A DNA stretch of 64,000 bases. Source: Rhizaria sp. SCN 62-66. Taxonomy: Eukaryota. Location: assembly GCA_001724265.1 (NCBI GenBank), contig MEDY01000015.1:62001-126000 (forward strand). Direction: 5' to 3'. Below the pieces are notes generated by a model that saw nothing but the letters and a program-made list of their open reading frames with translations, ran no database searches and was not told the DNA's origin. The position numbers and the translations under genes are program-made. Positions within the stretch are counted from its first letter, which is position 1; each line of letters opens with the position of its first letter. Shown here piece by piece: positions 1 through 11,800 of the stretch.

Positions 1-3000
1 CTGCTTGGTGCCGTTGGCGCCTCTGTCTCAGTCTCCGCGTCCTCGCTGTCGTCGCCGCGGTCGATGAGCGCAGGCCCCTCACGGTCATTCTCGGGCGCGT
101 CACCGCGCGCCGCCACGGCCACACCGCGCGCGGGCGCGGGCGCCGGGGCGGGGGCCGGTGCGCGGTGGGCCGCTGGCGCCGGCGCTGCCAGTCAGCAGCA
201 CCCTGGCGGCGCCCCGGGGCCCGGGTCCGCCCGGCGCGGCGGCGGGTCGCCAGGGTTCTCGACACCGGTGAACGGGGGCCGGATGGGTCGCGGGCGGCGG
301 ACGCCGGGCGCCGGGGACAGCGGCTTCAGCCACAGCCTCACGAGTGCCGGAACCGGTGGGTACGGACACATGCAGCGCTGGGAGGAAGAAGAGGAGGAAC
401 CCGAGAGTACCAATGCCCTCGTCGGTCACGGGTACGGGCGGCACGGCACCAAGCATCATCACAACGATGATGACGACGAAGACGATGGCGCTGGCATGGG
501 CTCCGGCTACGGATACCGCGCCCCGCCCTCAGTGTCCCCGGTTCCGGGCGCGAGCACACTCGCGGGGGCCGGCAACACCCCGGGCACCGGCCGCCGCCAG
601 TGGCGCAACAACAACAACGGCGCCAACCAGGCTGATGGCAACAGCGGCCGCGGCGGCGCTGGCGGCTTCTCGCCGTCGCCCGCCCCGTCCGGGACCAACA
701 CACCGGGCTCGGCGGCTTCAGGCAGCGCCAGTCGCGCGCGCAGCCGCGTGTCGTTCACGTCCGGCAATGCCGGCAGCACCGCCGCCGCGCTTGCCCAGAC
801 GGCGCCCGCCAGCGGCGCCGCTCGCGGGGTTCGGCCCTCGTCGTCCACCGCGTACAACAGCAACGCCGCCGGCGCTCGTAATAACACGGGCGTCGAGTTC
901 GACGACGACGATGACGCCCCCCGCGTCTCCCCTCTCGCCAGCGGTGCAACCACGCAGCAGCAGCAGCAGCCGCGGCCCAGCACGACCTCCGGCACCGCCC
1001 GCCGCGACCTCACCGTCTCCCTCGCCACCCTCACCGCGCAGGCCACCGCGGCCGACGAAGGCACACGCGCGGCGCGCGCCGCCGCCGCCGCCTCGGCCGC
1101 GCTGGCCGCGGCGCGCGAGACGGAGCTGGCGCAGGCGCGGCAGGAGCTCGCGGCCGCCGCCGCCGCCGGCGCGACTGCCCGGTCTGAGCTGCGTGGGCTG
1201 TCTGTCGCCGCGCTGGAGCTCAAGCGACTCGCGGCGGCCCGCGGGGAGGACGCGCAGAAGCAGGCTGATGCCGCCAAGGCCGAGCGTGAGCGCGCAGAGG
1301 CGCTGCAGAAGAAGCTTGACCGCGCACGGGAGCTGTTGGCGACTGCGAACGGCAAGGATGGCAGCGACTTCGACGCGAGCGTTACGACTGATGAGCTCGT
1401 CGCGTTGCTGTCGGCGCCCGCGGACACTGACGGCAGCAGCAGCAGCAACGCCAATACAACTGAAAAGGACGACGGCTCTGCCTCCGCCGCCGCTTCTGAC
1501 TCCAGCAAGCCTCTCTCTCGCCCCGGGTCTGCTTCTGCTCGTAGTGGCGCCAAGGCGGCTGAACTGGTGTTGCCGGCCGCTGTTCTGCCGCGGTGGGCGT
1601 CCCAGCGCGCCCGCGCCCTCACTGTCCTGCGCTCAGCCCGGCTGCACACCGGCCTCACGGTCGACTCGTCACTGGCCGCCGCGGTCGCTCTGGCACACTC
1701 TGGCGCGCCGGGCGCGGCCGCGGCGTCCCAGGGCGTGCGCGTCACCTCGGTCGCGCCTGGCTCCCCCGCCGCGGTCGCGGGGATCGAAAGCGGGGATGCG
1801 GTCATCGCGGTCCTTGGCCGCCCGCTGCGCTCGATGAACACACTCTGCGCGAATTGCTCGAACAACAGCGCCGTCGCTGCGACGGCCGGGGCGGGCGCGC
1901 AAGGGGCGATCGCGCGCGCGTGCGCCGCGTGCTTGCAGGCGCGGTGGGCCGCCTTGTGGGCTGGCGTCGCCCCCGGTGACGCGGTGCCAGTGACCGTGCT
2001 CAAGCGCGGCACGGCGGCGTCGCTGCTGCCAAGCTCGCAGTCGCAGTCGCTTTCGCTGTATCCGCCACAGCCGCAGCCGCCGCCGCTGACGCCGACTTCG
2101 AGCAGCGCCAGCGGCAGCTTCAGCGGTATTGGCGCCGGTGCGGGCGTGCCGGGCTCCCCCAGCGGTGCTGCGGGCGCCGTGTTCACGGGGGGCGGGTCTA
2201 CTGGTGCAGCCGCAGGTGGTGCAGCGGTCGGCGGCGCGGTGACTGTGATGGTTCACACGGCGGCGGAGGGGCTGAGTCGGAAGCAGTTAGCGGCCGCGCG
2301 CAGGCTATGCGCGTTCTCGCTTGCTGATCTCGACATTGATCTCGATAGCAAGAGCACGACCCCTGCGAACGGCGCCAAGAGCGCGGGTGGCAGCGCGACT
2401 GATGTCGACACAGACACCGACGGTGACGGAGATGGCGACGGCGCTTACTGCCCGTCGTTCCTATCCCCCGTCTCGGTCGACGCGATCGTCACCGCGCTCG
2501 ACGACGCCCTGCGTTCGCACCGCGCCAAGGCTGACACAGCGCTCTCGGCCGCTGAGGCCGGTGCGGCGAGGCCCGCGCACGCAAACTCGGCCATCACAGC
2601 TAGCGTTGGCCTCGGCCTCTCTGCGGCACACAGTCAAACGCAGAGTCAAACCCACGGTCACGGCCAGAGCAAGCTGCCGCATAAGAGGCTGACGCTGACT
2701 CTAGACGACGCCTCGCCTCCAGTGCCGATGCTGCCAGACAACACGTCCTCCTCATCGTCATCGTCGTCATCCTCCGGGCTTTCGTCCCCGAATGCTGCCA
2801 CATCGGCTGCAACTGTGAACGCGAGCGCTATCGCCTCTGAGCGCGTCGCCGCCGCCGAGGCCGCCGCGGCCGCCGCTCAGGCCGCCGCCGCCGCTGCATT
2901 GTCGGCCGCGGCGACGGCCCGCGCGGACGCCGACTCACGGGCCTCCGAAGCCGCCGCACTTCGCCGCGACGTCGCCGCTGTTCGTAGCCAGCTCAACGCC

Positions 3001-3816
3001 GCGCGCCGCACCACGGGCATCGCCGGCGCAGGCGCGGCGGGCGGCAACGGCGCTCTGGCGCAGACGCAGTCGCTGGCCGCTGGCGTGCTGGGGACGCTGC
3101 GGCCGTCTCTGGGTCTGGTGTTTGCAGCGTCGCGCGCGGCCGGCGTGCTGCGCGGGCTGGCTGTGCACAGCGTGGGCGTGCACTCGGCCGCCAAGGCCGC
3201 TGGCGTGCGCGAGGGCGATGTCGTCACCGCGATCGGCGGCGCGCCATGCTTCGACCGCGAATCCTTCACGGAGTCGATCCGCACTGTCATGCCAGGCGAC
3301 ACGGTGCGGTTCGACATCAAACGGCCGCGGCCGGGGATTGCGCCGGCGACTGCGGCGGCCGCGGGGACCGAGGAGGAGGCCGCGGCGGCGTACGTGCCGC
3401 TGGCAGTGCTGGTAACGGCGACGTCGGCGGAGCTCGAGCCGGGAGAGGTTGAGATGCTGCGGAGGCTGGCGGGGCTGCCGCCGAGGCCCGGAGAGATTGA
3501 GCTCGTGGAGAGGCTTGCTGCCGAGTTTGGCGTTGCACCAGCCACTGCTGCTGCGGCTGCGAGCAACGCGAGCACTGTGCTTACGACCAATAGCAATGCG
3601 CCAGAGACGCAAGTCAACAAGAGGGCCAGTATGACGGGCCTAGCAGGCCTTCTTTCAGTGCCGCAGTCGGCGAATGATACGGCGTCGGCGAATCACTCGC
3701 CGAGTGGAACGATAAGTGCTGACGCGGTTGCTTTGGCGACGCCCCGCGGACTCACCAGCTCGTCGCAAACGCTTTCAGCGCCTCTTACACCTGCGCTCAA
3801 GAGCCTCGACTTATGA
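1..3816 (+). CDS. Low-complexity coiled-coil protein with two PDZ-like domains (5'-partial; frame is open from base 1)
   Basis: PDZ-like segments GVRVTSVAPGSPAAVAGIESGDAVIAVLGRPL (~1730-1830) and RPSLGLVF...GLAVHSVGVHSAAKAAGVREGDVVTAIGG...VMPGDTVRFDIKR (~3100-3325), each preceded by an Ala/Glu/Arg helical stretch. Stop TGA at 3814-3816, then AT-rich sequence. Confidence 0.75.
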   Translation: MLGAVGASVSVSASSLSSPRSMSAGPSRSFSGASPRAATATPRAGAGAGAGAGARWAAGAGAASQQHPGGAPGPGSARRGGGSPGFSTPVNGGRMGRGRRTPGAGDSGFSHSLTSAGTGGYGHMQRWEEEEEEPESTNALVGHGYGRHGTKHHHNDDDDEDDGAGMGSGYGYRAPPSVSPVPGASTLAGAGNTPGTGRRQWRNNNNGANQADGNSGRGGAGGFSPSPAPSGTNTPGSAASGSASRARSRVSFTSGNAGSTAAALAQTAPASGAARGVRPSSSTAYNSNAAGARNNTGVEFDDDDDAPRVSPLASGATTQQQQQPRPSTTSGTARRDLTVSLATLTAQATAADEGTRAARAAAAASAALAAARETELAQARQELAAAAAAGATARSELRGLSVAALELKRLAAARGEDAQKQADAAKAERERAEALQKKLDRARELLATANGKDGSDFDASVTTDELVALLSAPADTDGSSSSNANTTEKDDGSASAAASDSSKPLSRPGSASARSGAKAAELVLPAAVLPRWASQRARALTVLRSARLHTGLTVDSSLAAAVALAHSGAPGAAAASQGVRVTSVAPGSPAAVAGIESGDAVIAVLGRPLRSMNTLCANCSNNSAVAATAGAGAQGAIARACAACLQARWAALWAGVAPGDAVPVTVLKRGTAASLLPSSQSQSLSLYPPQPQPPPLTPTSSSASGSFSGIGAGAGVPGSPSGAAGAVFTGGGSTGAAAGGAAVGGAVTVMVHTAAEGLSRKQLAAARRLCAFSLADLDIDLDSKSTTPANGAKSAGGSATDVDTDTDGDGDGDGAYCPSFLSPVSVDAIVTALDDALRSHRAKADTALSAAEAGAARPAHANSAITASVGLGLSAAHSQTQSQTHGHGQSKLPHKRLTLTLDDASPPVPMLPDNTSSSSSSSSSSGLSSPNAATSAATVNASAIASERVAAAEAAAAAAQAAAAAALSAAATARADADSRASEAAALRRDVAAVRSQLNAARRTTGIAGAGAAGGNGALAQTQSLAAGVLGTLRPSLGLVFAASRAAGVLRGLAVHSVGVHSAAKAAGVREGDVVTAIGGAPCFDRESFTESIRTVMPGDTVRFDIKRPRPGIAPATAAAAGTEEEAAAAYVPLAVLVTATSAELEPGEVEMLRRLAGLPPRPGEIELVERLAAEFGVAPATAAAAASNASTVLTTNSNAPETQVNKRASMTGLAGLLSVPQSANDTASANHSPSGTISADAVALATPRGLTSSSQTLSAPLTPALKSLDL

Positions 3817-3960
3817 AAGATATGCCTCGTATTACATTCCTCTGCGCAGTAGTAACTAAGATATTTACATTCATGAGTGACTATATTTTAACAATTGAGC
3901 TGTATTTTTACAATAAATAACAATTTAACCCCAATTTTAAGTTATTTTCGAGATTTTTGA

Positions 3961-4160
3961 GTCGCCCCAACGGATCGCCAGAGCGGCTTACTTTCCAAGC
4001 GACCAGTCTGACTGGGCCTGGTCCGCCCACAGTCGACTGGGGCGGAGCAAGCAAGCGGCGGCTCCTCGCTAGTCCGTGCGGGGCGTCGAGACAGGACGCA
4101 GCTTTGTAAGGCGGCTGTCGCTTCGGCTCACTGCTAAAAGTCTGCATACGAACGTTTTTC
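3961..4160. ncRNA. Candidate structured RNA or structured promoter island (unassigned)
   Basis: GC-rich non-coding island. CGCCCC-A-ACGGA (3963-3974) can pair with TCCGT-GC-GGGGCG (4073-4085), enclosing several hairpins. No known family motif recognised. Confidence 0.3.
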
Positions 4161-4245
4161 GTTCAGAAGACCTCAGTACCTATCCATTGGGAATTATTGT
4201 GAGACTTAAACAGCTATTGCTACGCCGCTACAGTGACCGCCAGTC

Positions 4246-6739
4246 ATGTCCTCCGCCCCCGCTTCCGCTGCATGTACGTTCCCTCCGCCGACCCGACCCC
4301 GGGCGCCCTCAACGTCCATAATCCCTAATTGCATCGATTAAGCGCTGTAAATCCACTAGTAATGTACCTTGCTCCGCGATTTTCCCCGCTACGACCATTG
4401 TCTTGCCCGCATATGAATCGATTTCCGAACTAGTCCCCGCAGCCTCGCCAGCCCCTGCATTGCGTCACTGCGCCCCGCGGCCGTCTGCGCCGCCCATTAT
4501 TTACCTAGATACTTTTCCGTTACTTATGTAATCTTTCATTGCTCCTGCTTCTTTTTCTTCTGTCTACCCTGCAGCCGCGGATGTGCTGGTGAACCTCAAG
4601 ACGCAAATCGAGTACTATTTCTCCCCCGCTAACTTGCGTGTGGACAAGTATCTCGTCTCCCAGATGGACGCTAACTCGTTCGTGCCCATCGCCACCATCG
4701 CGTCTTTCCCCAAGGTGCGTCTCCTCACCACGGACGCCGCCGTCGTGCTCACGGTCATGCAGGAGTCCAAGTCCCTCGAGGTCGACCCCACCAACACCAA
4801 GGTCCGCGCCGTGACCCCCCAGCGCAAGACGGTCATCCTCCGCAAGATCCCCGCCACCACGCCCGAGGCGACGATCCGCGCCGTCTTCGCCACTAAGCCC
4901 GAGCTCGCTGCCAAGATCGCCTCGATCAAGGCCGACATCGAGGACACGTGGTTCGTCACGTTCGCCGACGAGGCCGCTTGCACCGACGCCGCCACCTTCC
5001 TCCCCACCCAGGCGCTGCTCGGCGCCCCCGTGCTGTGCAACATCAAGTCCGAGACGGCCAACAAGTCTTTCTACGCCCCGCGGCCGAACCCCTCCGCGCC
5101 CGCTTGGGTCCCCGGACTTGGCTTCCACGTCGGTGTCCCCGCGCAGGCCGGCATCAACGCCAGTTCCGACTCGTTCGTCCCCGGCCAGTACAAGGGCACC
5201 GCCTCTGGCAACGCGCGCAACGGCCCCAACAGCGGCAACAACGCCAAGGGCGGCCGCAACGCCGCTGCCGGCGCCAACTCCGCCTCTGGTAACAATAGCG
5301 GCAACAACAACGCGCGCTCGACCGGCCGCGGGGCCCGCGGCGATTCCTCTGCCGCCGGCAACGCCGCCAACGCCGGTCACGGCAACAAGGATCTCTCGCG
5401 CGAGTTCCCGACCCTCGACGCGCCGGCGCTGCCGCCTGTGCGCGCGGGCTACGCGGGCGCCTTCACGTCCTTCTCGCGCGAGCAGATGGCCGCCCTGGTC
5501 CAGGGCTGGATCGCCGCCCCCTTGCCCGCGCCTCCGGGCTTCCCCGCCGCGTCCGCCGCGTCGGCCGCGACCGTGGGCGTGTCGTTGACCTCGAGCACCG
5601 AGGTGCACCCGGAGTCTGTCCGCCAGGTCCCCATCTTGCGTAAGCGCACCGCGACCGGCTGCACCATCCTCGAGCCCATCCCCGTCATGTTCCCCGCCTC
5701 GCCGTCGCCCGTCGTGCTCGCGTCCCCCGGCGCCGCGGGCATGCCCCCCGCGCTCGACCTCTCGTCCTCCTCGTCCTCCGCCGGGGGCCTCCCGTCGCTG
5801 CCCATGCTCTCGTCGTCTGCGGCGGGCGCTCTGCCGTCATTGGCCAACATCACCGACGTCATGTCCGCGATGTCTTTCTCCGCCCCCGCCCCCGCCAACG
5901 CCGGCGCCGGCTCTGCCGTTGCGATGCCCGCGCTGCTGGTCGGCGGCTTGCCGATCCCGCTGAACCAGTCGGTGCCCGCTGCGGCGTCGTCGTCGAACAA
6001 GCTCCGCCCGCGCACCACCGCCGCGCCCGGCGCGAACCACGGCCACGGCCACGGCCACAGCGGCAACAACAACAACCGTGGCGGCTCGAACCAGCACTAT
6101 GGTGGCAACAAGGGTGGCAACATGGGCAACAACAGCAACGGCGGTGCGAAGAAGGGTGGTAACTCCGCCCCCGCCGCCGCCGCCGCCGGCCCCGCCGGCC
6201 CCACTGGGTGGGCCGCTATCGTCGCCGCGCCGCCCTCGGCCGCCGCCCTCGCCGCGGCCCAGGCGCAGCAGCAGGCCGTGCAGGCCCGCAAGGCCGCCGT
6301 CGCCGCCGAGAAGGCCGCCGCCACCGCGGCCGCCGCCCCCGCCGCCGCTGCCGCCGCCCCCGCTGCTCCTGCCGTTGCTGGCGCTGCCGCTGGTGCCAAG
6401 GGCGGCAAGGACGGCGAGGCCAAGCCCCGCCGTGCCCCCAACGCGGGCGCCAACAACGGCGCCGCTGGCGCTGGCGCCGCTCCCCGCGCCGGTCCCCGCA
6501 ACAACAACGCTGGCGCGGCCAATGGTGCCGGCGCTGGCGCGGGCGCAGGCGCTGCTCAGCGCAACCCCCGCGGCCCTGCCGCCGCCGCTGGCGCTGCCGG
6601 TGCTGCCCGCGGCGGCAAGCGTGACGGCAAGGACGCCGACGCTGCCGCTGCCCCTGCTGCCGCTGCTGCTGCCCCCGCCCCCGCTGCTGCTGCGGCGCCG
6701 GCCGCGTCCCGTTGGGCTGACCTCCTCAAGAGCGAGTAA
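4246..6739 (+). CDS. LARP4: La-related protein, LARP4-like (La motif + RRM + PAM2-like motifs); exons 4246-4273, 4575-6739; ~730 aa
   Basis: La motif LKTQIEYYFSPANLRVDKYLVSQMDANSFVPIATIASFPKV, then RRM start KTVILRKIPATTPEATIRAVF. Intron 4274-4574 (GTACGT...TGCAG) joins MSSAPASAA-S-ADVL in frame. Stop TAA. Confidence 0.85.
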
Positions 6740-7838
6740 ATGCGACACACAAAAGATCAGTGAATCAATCAGTCAGTCATTCACTGGTCATATCTATGCT
6801 GGTATGAGATGCTGTCGTCACCCTAGCTGTGTAAAATGCACTGCTGCGAGGATGACTGTGTTCGCTGTAAGATATTGACTGTGAGTGACTGTGGTCGTGA
6901 TTTCAGTGCGAAGTTTGAGAGGCAAGTCTAACTTCGCTAAAGTGAGTCTGTGTTGAGTCTCCGTGAGGACTCAAAGCGGCGCATCAAAACTTAACCGGAG
7001 CATGTATGCGTGTTTGTTTAAGAACATATCTCCATGTAAACGTTGTTGTTGACTGCGTCATGGGTATTATTTCCTGTATGTTCTTTTTTTCTTACGTTTG
7101 TTTTTCGTTTTTTATGTTTCGTTTATTTTACTCACTCTCTCTGGGGCAGACTGATGGCTGCTCATGATTTTCGTTTTATTTCGTTCGTTTTTCGTTGGTG
7201 CTGCTGCTACTGCTGCTATTCCTACTGTGCGGGTATGTGTAGTGTTGTTGTTCTTCATTCTCTTGTTTCATCTTGTTTTCTCTTTCTTTATCAGTTCGCT
7301 ACACAGCCTTCGGCTTCACCGAATGCGTGTGCCGTGCCGTTTGCCGTCATATCCGCATCGGTGTCGCTGAGTGACTGTGTGTTGCGATGAATGAGTCAAC
7401 AACAGCATAACCGTTGCACATTGAACGTGAGTTCGTCTACAAACAAAATGTTATCAATGCCGTGATCGACATTGGTGTCCATCTTGTTTTGCAACACTTG
7501 TCGTTTTATGTCAACCAACCAATAATATCAATCAATTATAGCAGGAGCAGTCGTGCACGCTGTAACAATAATCCGTCACTAATATTGTAAACAAAATGAT
7601 ATCACTCGGTACACATATGTACATTTTACAATACAAATTCATTAAGTGTATTCCCAAAGCAAATATATTTTGTTGGCATCAGCCTCTACGATTGAGTGTG
7701 GCCTGAGATTGAGAAAATTAGGCAACAGACATAGAGTGATTGCGATTCGCCGAAATCACACATCAGTAACCAGTGATACCCACTACACCATGTACACGAT
7801 TCTGTTATACGTGATATATACCATGATTTGTGTCGTGT

Positions 7839-8504
7839 TCAGGCGTGCGCCGCGATGCCGATGACGGCAGCGTCAACATAGACGCCGTCGACAAACACTG
7901 CAATCGCGCGACCGATAACCGACGTGGGGCCAATCAGCGACACATGCGGGTCGGCGCAGCCAATGAAGACCTTGCCGTTGGCAGGGACGTGAGTGCACAG
8001 GTCGGCAGTGAAACGCTTTGCGACACCGGGAGCGGAGGTGGCGAGGGCGTCGGCAGCGTCGATCGGCACGAGCGTGGGGTTAAACAGAGTTCCTACAAAT
8101 AAAAACAGGATAACATATACAAGACACAGGTTAACGTGCTATATCATCGAATTGCAGCTATAGATTTTGGTTATGTGCGATTATGAGTGTAAATCGTACC
8201 GGTGGAGGCCAAGCCTTCGGAGAGGTCTCCGAATTGGTGGACGAAAATAGTCACCTGTTTCGCTGACTCAGGGAGAGAGAGGTTCGCGTCAATACGGGTG
8301 GCACCACCGGAAACCTGTGCAATACAATAAAACAAGGATTCACATGTAACGTGAGCATCATCTGCGATGTGATACAACGAGGAAGGAGCAAGGTAACAAC
8401 AGTCAATCGATGGGGTGCAAACGTACTGCCTGCGTAAAGGACATTGTGCCCTTGATAGTGCCCGAAAAAGTGGCTTTAGCATTGACAAAGTTCAACTCGC
8501 TCAT
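7839..8504 (-). CDS. Cu/Zn superoxide dismutase-fold protein with degenerate metal ligands; exons 8504-8427, 8314-8200, 8092-7839; 148 aa
   Basis: Spliced product MSELNFVNAKATFSGTIKGTMSFTQAVSGGATRIDANLSLPESAKQVTIFVHQFGDLSEGLASTGTLFNP...ADL...VSLIGPTSVIGRAIAV...AAVIGIAAHA aligns by eye with SOD1 landmarks (HxFGD, FNP, GDL, SLxG..IIGR, GVIGIA). Donors GTACGT and GTACGA. Stop TGA. Confidence 0.85.
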
Positions 8505-8847
8505 TGTAGTTCGAGGTCACTTAACGGACAGTTGACGACAATATCCCAACTTGAAGTTGACGCTCTTCGTCGACCAATATCGCCTGCCAATTTTTGCGAA
8601 CCAGCGGTTGGCCTGCCTGCGGTCGCGTTCTTTGCCCTCTGCGGCACCCTGACTGCGTAATCGGCGAAGTCATGTCGTGCCGTTTGACAACCTTACTTTA
8701 CGCTGCAGATACCGATGCAGAATAATTTACGTAGTAGTCTATACCATCACCTAATTATTTTACTTACAGCTCTATCCTTGCCTTGCTTCGCCGCGTCCCC
8801 TTTTTCCTCTCGCCCCACGGCCTCACATCCTGCAGTCGGTCAGTCCC

Positions 8848-11800
8848 ATGCCTCCTATCCGCGGCATCAACGGGTGGCTCAAGAGCTGCGGCCTGCTGCA
8901 CGAGGGCTCGCTCCGTTTTTTCGGTGGCAGCACTATGGGCATCGACGCAATTCGTTTTTTCACTGCCCTGCTGCTCAAGGACCCTTGGGCCGAGGCCATT
9001 GGCCACACGGACACCGCCGCCATCTCCGTCCTCGTTGCCGAGCAGCTCTCACTCTTTGCGGACGCTGACATCACCCCCGTGTTCGTCTTCCCTGGCGTCA
9101 CCTCCCTCCCGCGCCTCGCACCCGACACCAACGCCAACGCCCACGTCTGCGCTGGCTCCAGTGGCTCCTCCGCCGCGTCCACCGCCGCCGTCGCCGCTGC
9201 CCCCGCTGTCGCCGCCGCAACGGCCGCCGTCTCGGTCGACTCCTCGCTTTCCTGGGCGCTCACGGACCCGCACGCCGCATCCCGTGACAACGGCTGGGAG
9301 AGCGTACGTGGCGACGCCCTGACCACTGCCGAGGGCTACTTCGCCGAGATCACCCCTTCCCTCTCCGCCGCGGCCCGCGCCGCGCTCTTGGCGACTCTCC
9401 GTGCGCACGGTGCGCAGGTGCTCACGGCGCCGCACCGCGTCGCGGCGCAGCTGGCGTGGTTGGACCATGAGCCGCAGAAGGCGACGCATTCCTCGTACGG
9501 GCTGCACGAGCTGCTGCTGCACCGCGTTGCGACGGTCGTCACCGCCGTCGACCTCGCTCGGGGCACCGCGACGTGGGTCTCGCTCTCGCAACTGCTCGCG
9601 CACACCAAGCTCACTCACACGCAGTTCGTCCACGCGTGCTTGCTCGCCGGCCACGGTCCGTGCCGCACATTCCCCGCCGTGTATGACGAGCGCGGCCGGT
9701 TTAACTTTGCGCGTGCCATTACGCTCGTGCGCGCCGCGAAGGGCTCGCTCACTCAGGTATGTCTCAGGCCACAATAGGCCACGATATTGGTTGATTTTAC
9801 AATGGCAGTGATTTTTTTTAGTTGTATATCTACATGATTTATGTTATTCTGCATTCTTAGACTTATTTCTCCCTTTATCAACTCCTGACATACTCTGTTT
9901 TTCTGAAATTCTTCTTATATTAACCCACAGGTGTTCATCAACACTGCGCCCAAGCCCTCCGAGCACAACGCTCTGGCAGCGACCGTGAACGCGATGCTCG
10001 ACCGCATTGAGGGCGCGCGCGCCGCCGCCCCCGGCCAGACGATCGTCACTCTCCGCAAGCTCTGCACGGAGCGCGTGCCTCTGGTCGGCACTGGCAACGC
10101 CGCCACCAACGCCACCCTGCTCAAGGCCGCCGCCGCCGCCGCCGTGGCCGTGCACGCCGCCGGCGCCTCCGGCGCGCCCGTGGCGCCGGCCCCGCAGCCG
10201 CTGGGGACGCTGCCGCGGCCACTGCTTTCGCTGCTGCTCGCGGGCGCCGTCGCCCCCGCGACCGTGGCGGCTTGGGCGGGCGGTGCCGTGTGCGACGCGC
10301 CGCCCGCCGTGCCCTCGCGCACCTTGCCGTCGCTGCTGGACGATCTGGCCCCTCTGCGCGCGCAGGCCGTCGCGCTACTCTCGCTCGCCACCGCCGGCGC
10401 CGCCGCCACCACCAGCGCTGCCGCTGCTGCCTCCGCTAGTTCTTCCGAGTCCAGTGCTCCCGCGCTTGCGGCCGCGCTGGCTGCGAGCGTGATCATCGGC
10501 GACGCCGGCGACGACCACGCCGCTCTCGCCGCGGCTGCGCATGCCGCCAGCAAGTCCGTGCCCGGCTTCGCCACAGCGGCCGCCGTGCCGACGAACAGCC
10601 GCTGGTACGACGAGGCCGAGGGCCAGTGGCCACGGCCGCTCGCCGTGTCCAAGTACTCCCCTCTGGGCGCGCACCTCGCTCCGTCTGCGACGAACGCGGT
10701 GGCGGCCGAGTTTACCTCCGTCACGGCCGACAAGGCCGCTGAGACCGTGGCCGCCGCGGCTGCCCCCTTGCGCGCCGCCGTCGCCGCCGCGCTGCCCGCG
10801 CTGCTCGCGGCGCGCACCGAAGCCGGCGCCACCGAGTCTGACCCCGTGTCCGCCATCCAGGTGCTGAAGGTCATTACCAGCAGCTCCGATAACAAAACTG
10901 CGAGTGAAGCGGCCGCAAGCGAGGAGATTGACGTCGCCGCCGTGTCCGCGGCCGCTCTCGTCACCGCCGTCACGCTCTGGCTCGCCGGCTTCGTCTCCGT
11001 TTCTGCGGCCACCGGCGCCGTCACCGCCAGCCCCGCGGGCGCCGCGGTGCTCTCCGCCGCCGCCGCCGCGACGTCCGTCGGGTTCACGGCCACCGACGCC
11101 GACGGACTCCTGCAGGTGTTCTACGCGCTTAAGCACTCTGCGATTGACTCGCGCCCTGTGGTCATCTGGGCGTCAGAGCACAAGACCGACGAGTGGAACA
11201 CCATCACGGCCGACGCCGCTGAGCCCCGGTCGCATCGTGCACTGCTCCGCGCGCTTGCCGCGCTGCCCGCCGCGCCCGTGCTCGCGCGCGCCTCGGCCGC
11301 GTCGGTCTCCGCCTCCCCCGTCTCCCCCACCGCCGCTGCGGGCGGCGACGACGGCAACGGCGCTGCCGCCGCCGCCGCGGTGGCCACTTCCCCGCGTGCG
11401 CTGCCGGCCGCGGTCTCGGACTGCACGCTCGCTGCCACCGGCTGCGCCGCCAACGTCGCCGTCGCCGCTCTGCGCCAGGCGACCGAGCTCGTCACTGCCG
11501 CGCTCGCGGTTGCAGGCATTGTGACCCTCGCGCCCATTAGCAATAGCGCCGCCGCTGCGACCAGTGTGGCGGACCCCGTGTCGCTGGCACAGCTGCTGCC
11601 GTTCCGTCTTGACCTCCTCGCGCCTTCCTCCGCGTTCGCCGCCGCCCTCGCCGCCGCCGCTGCCGCTGGCTCCTCCACTCAGTCCAAGTCCAAGGGCTCT
11701 GTCGGCCTCGGCGGCGTCGCGCAGATCGAGCCCGTCGGCGCCGTCGTGCGCGCGCGCAGCGCTTGGGCTGGCGTGCTGGTCATGTCCGCCGCCATGCGCG

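Noticed and set aside
507-2186. Long antisense and alternative-frame ORFs (e.g. 507-2186, 35988-37319, 49631-50986)
   Set aside because: Shadow ORFs expected from GC-rich, codon-biased exons. They overlap recognisable genes and show no motifs.
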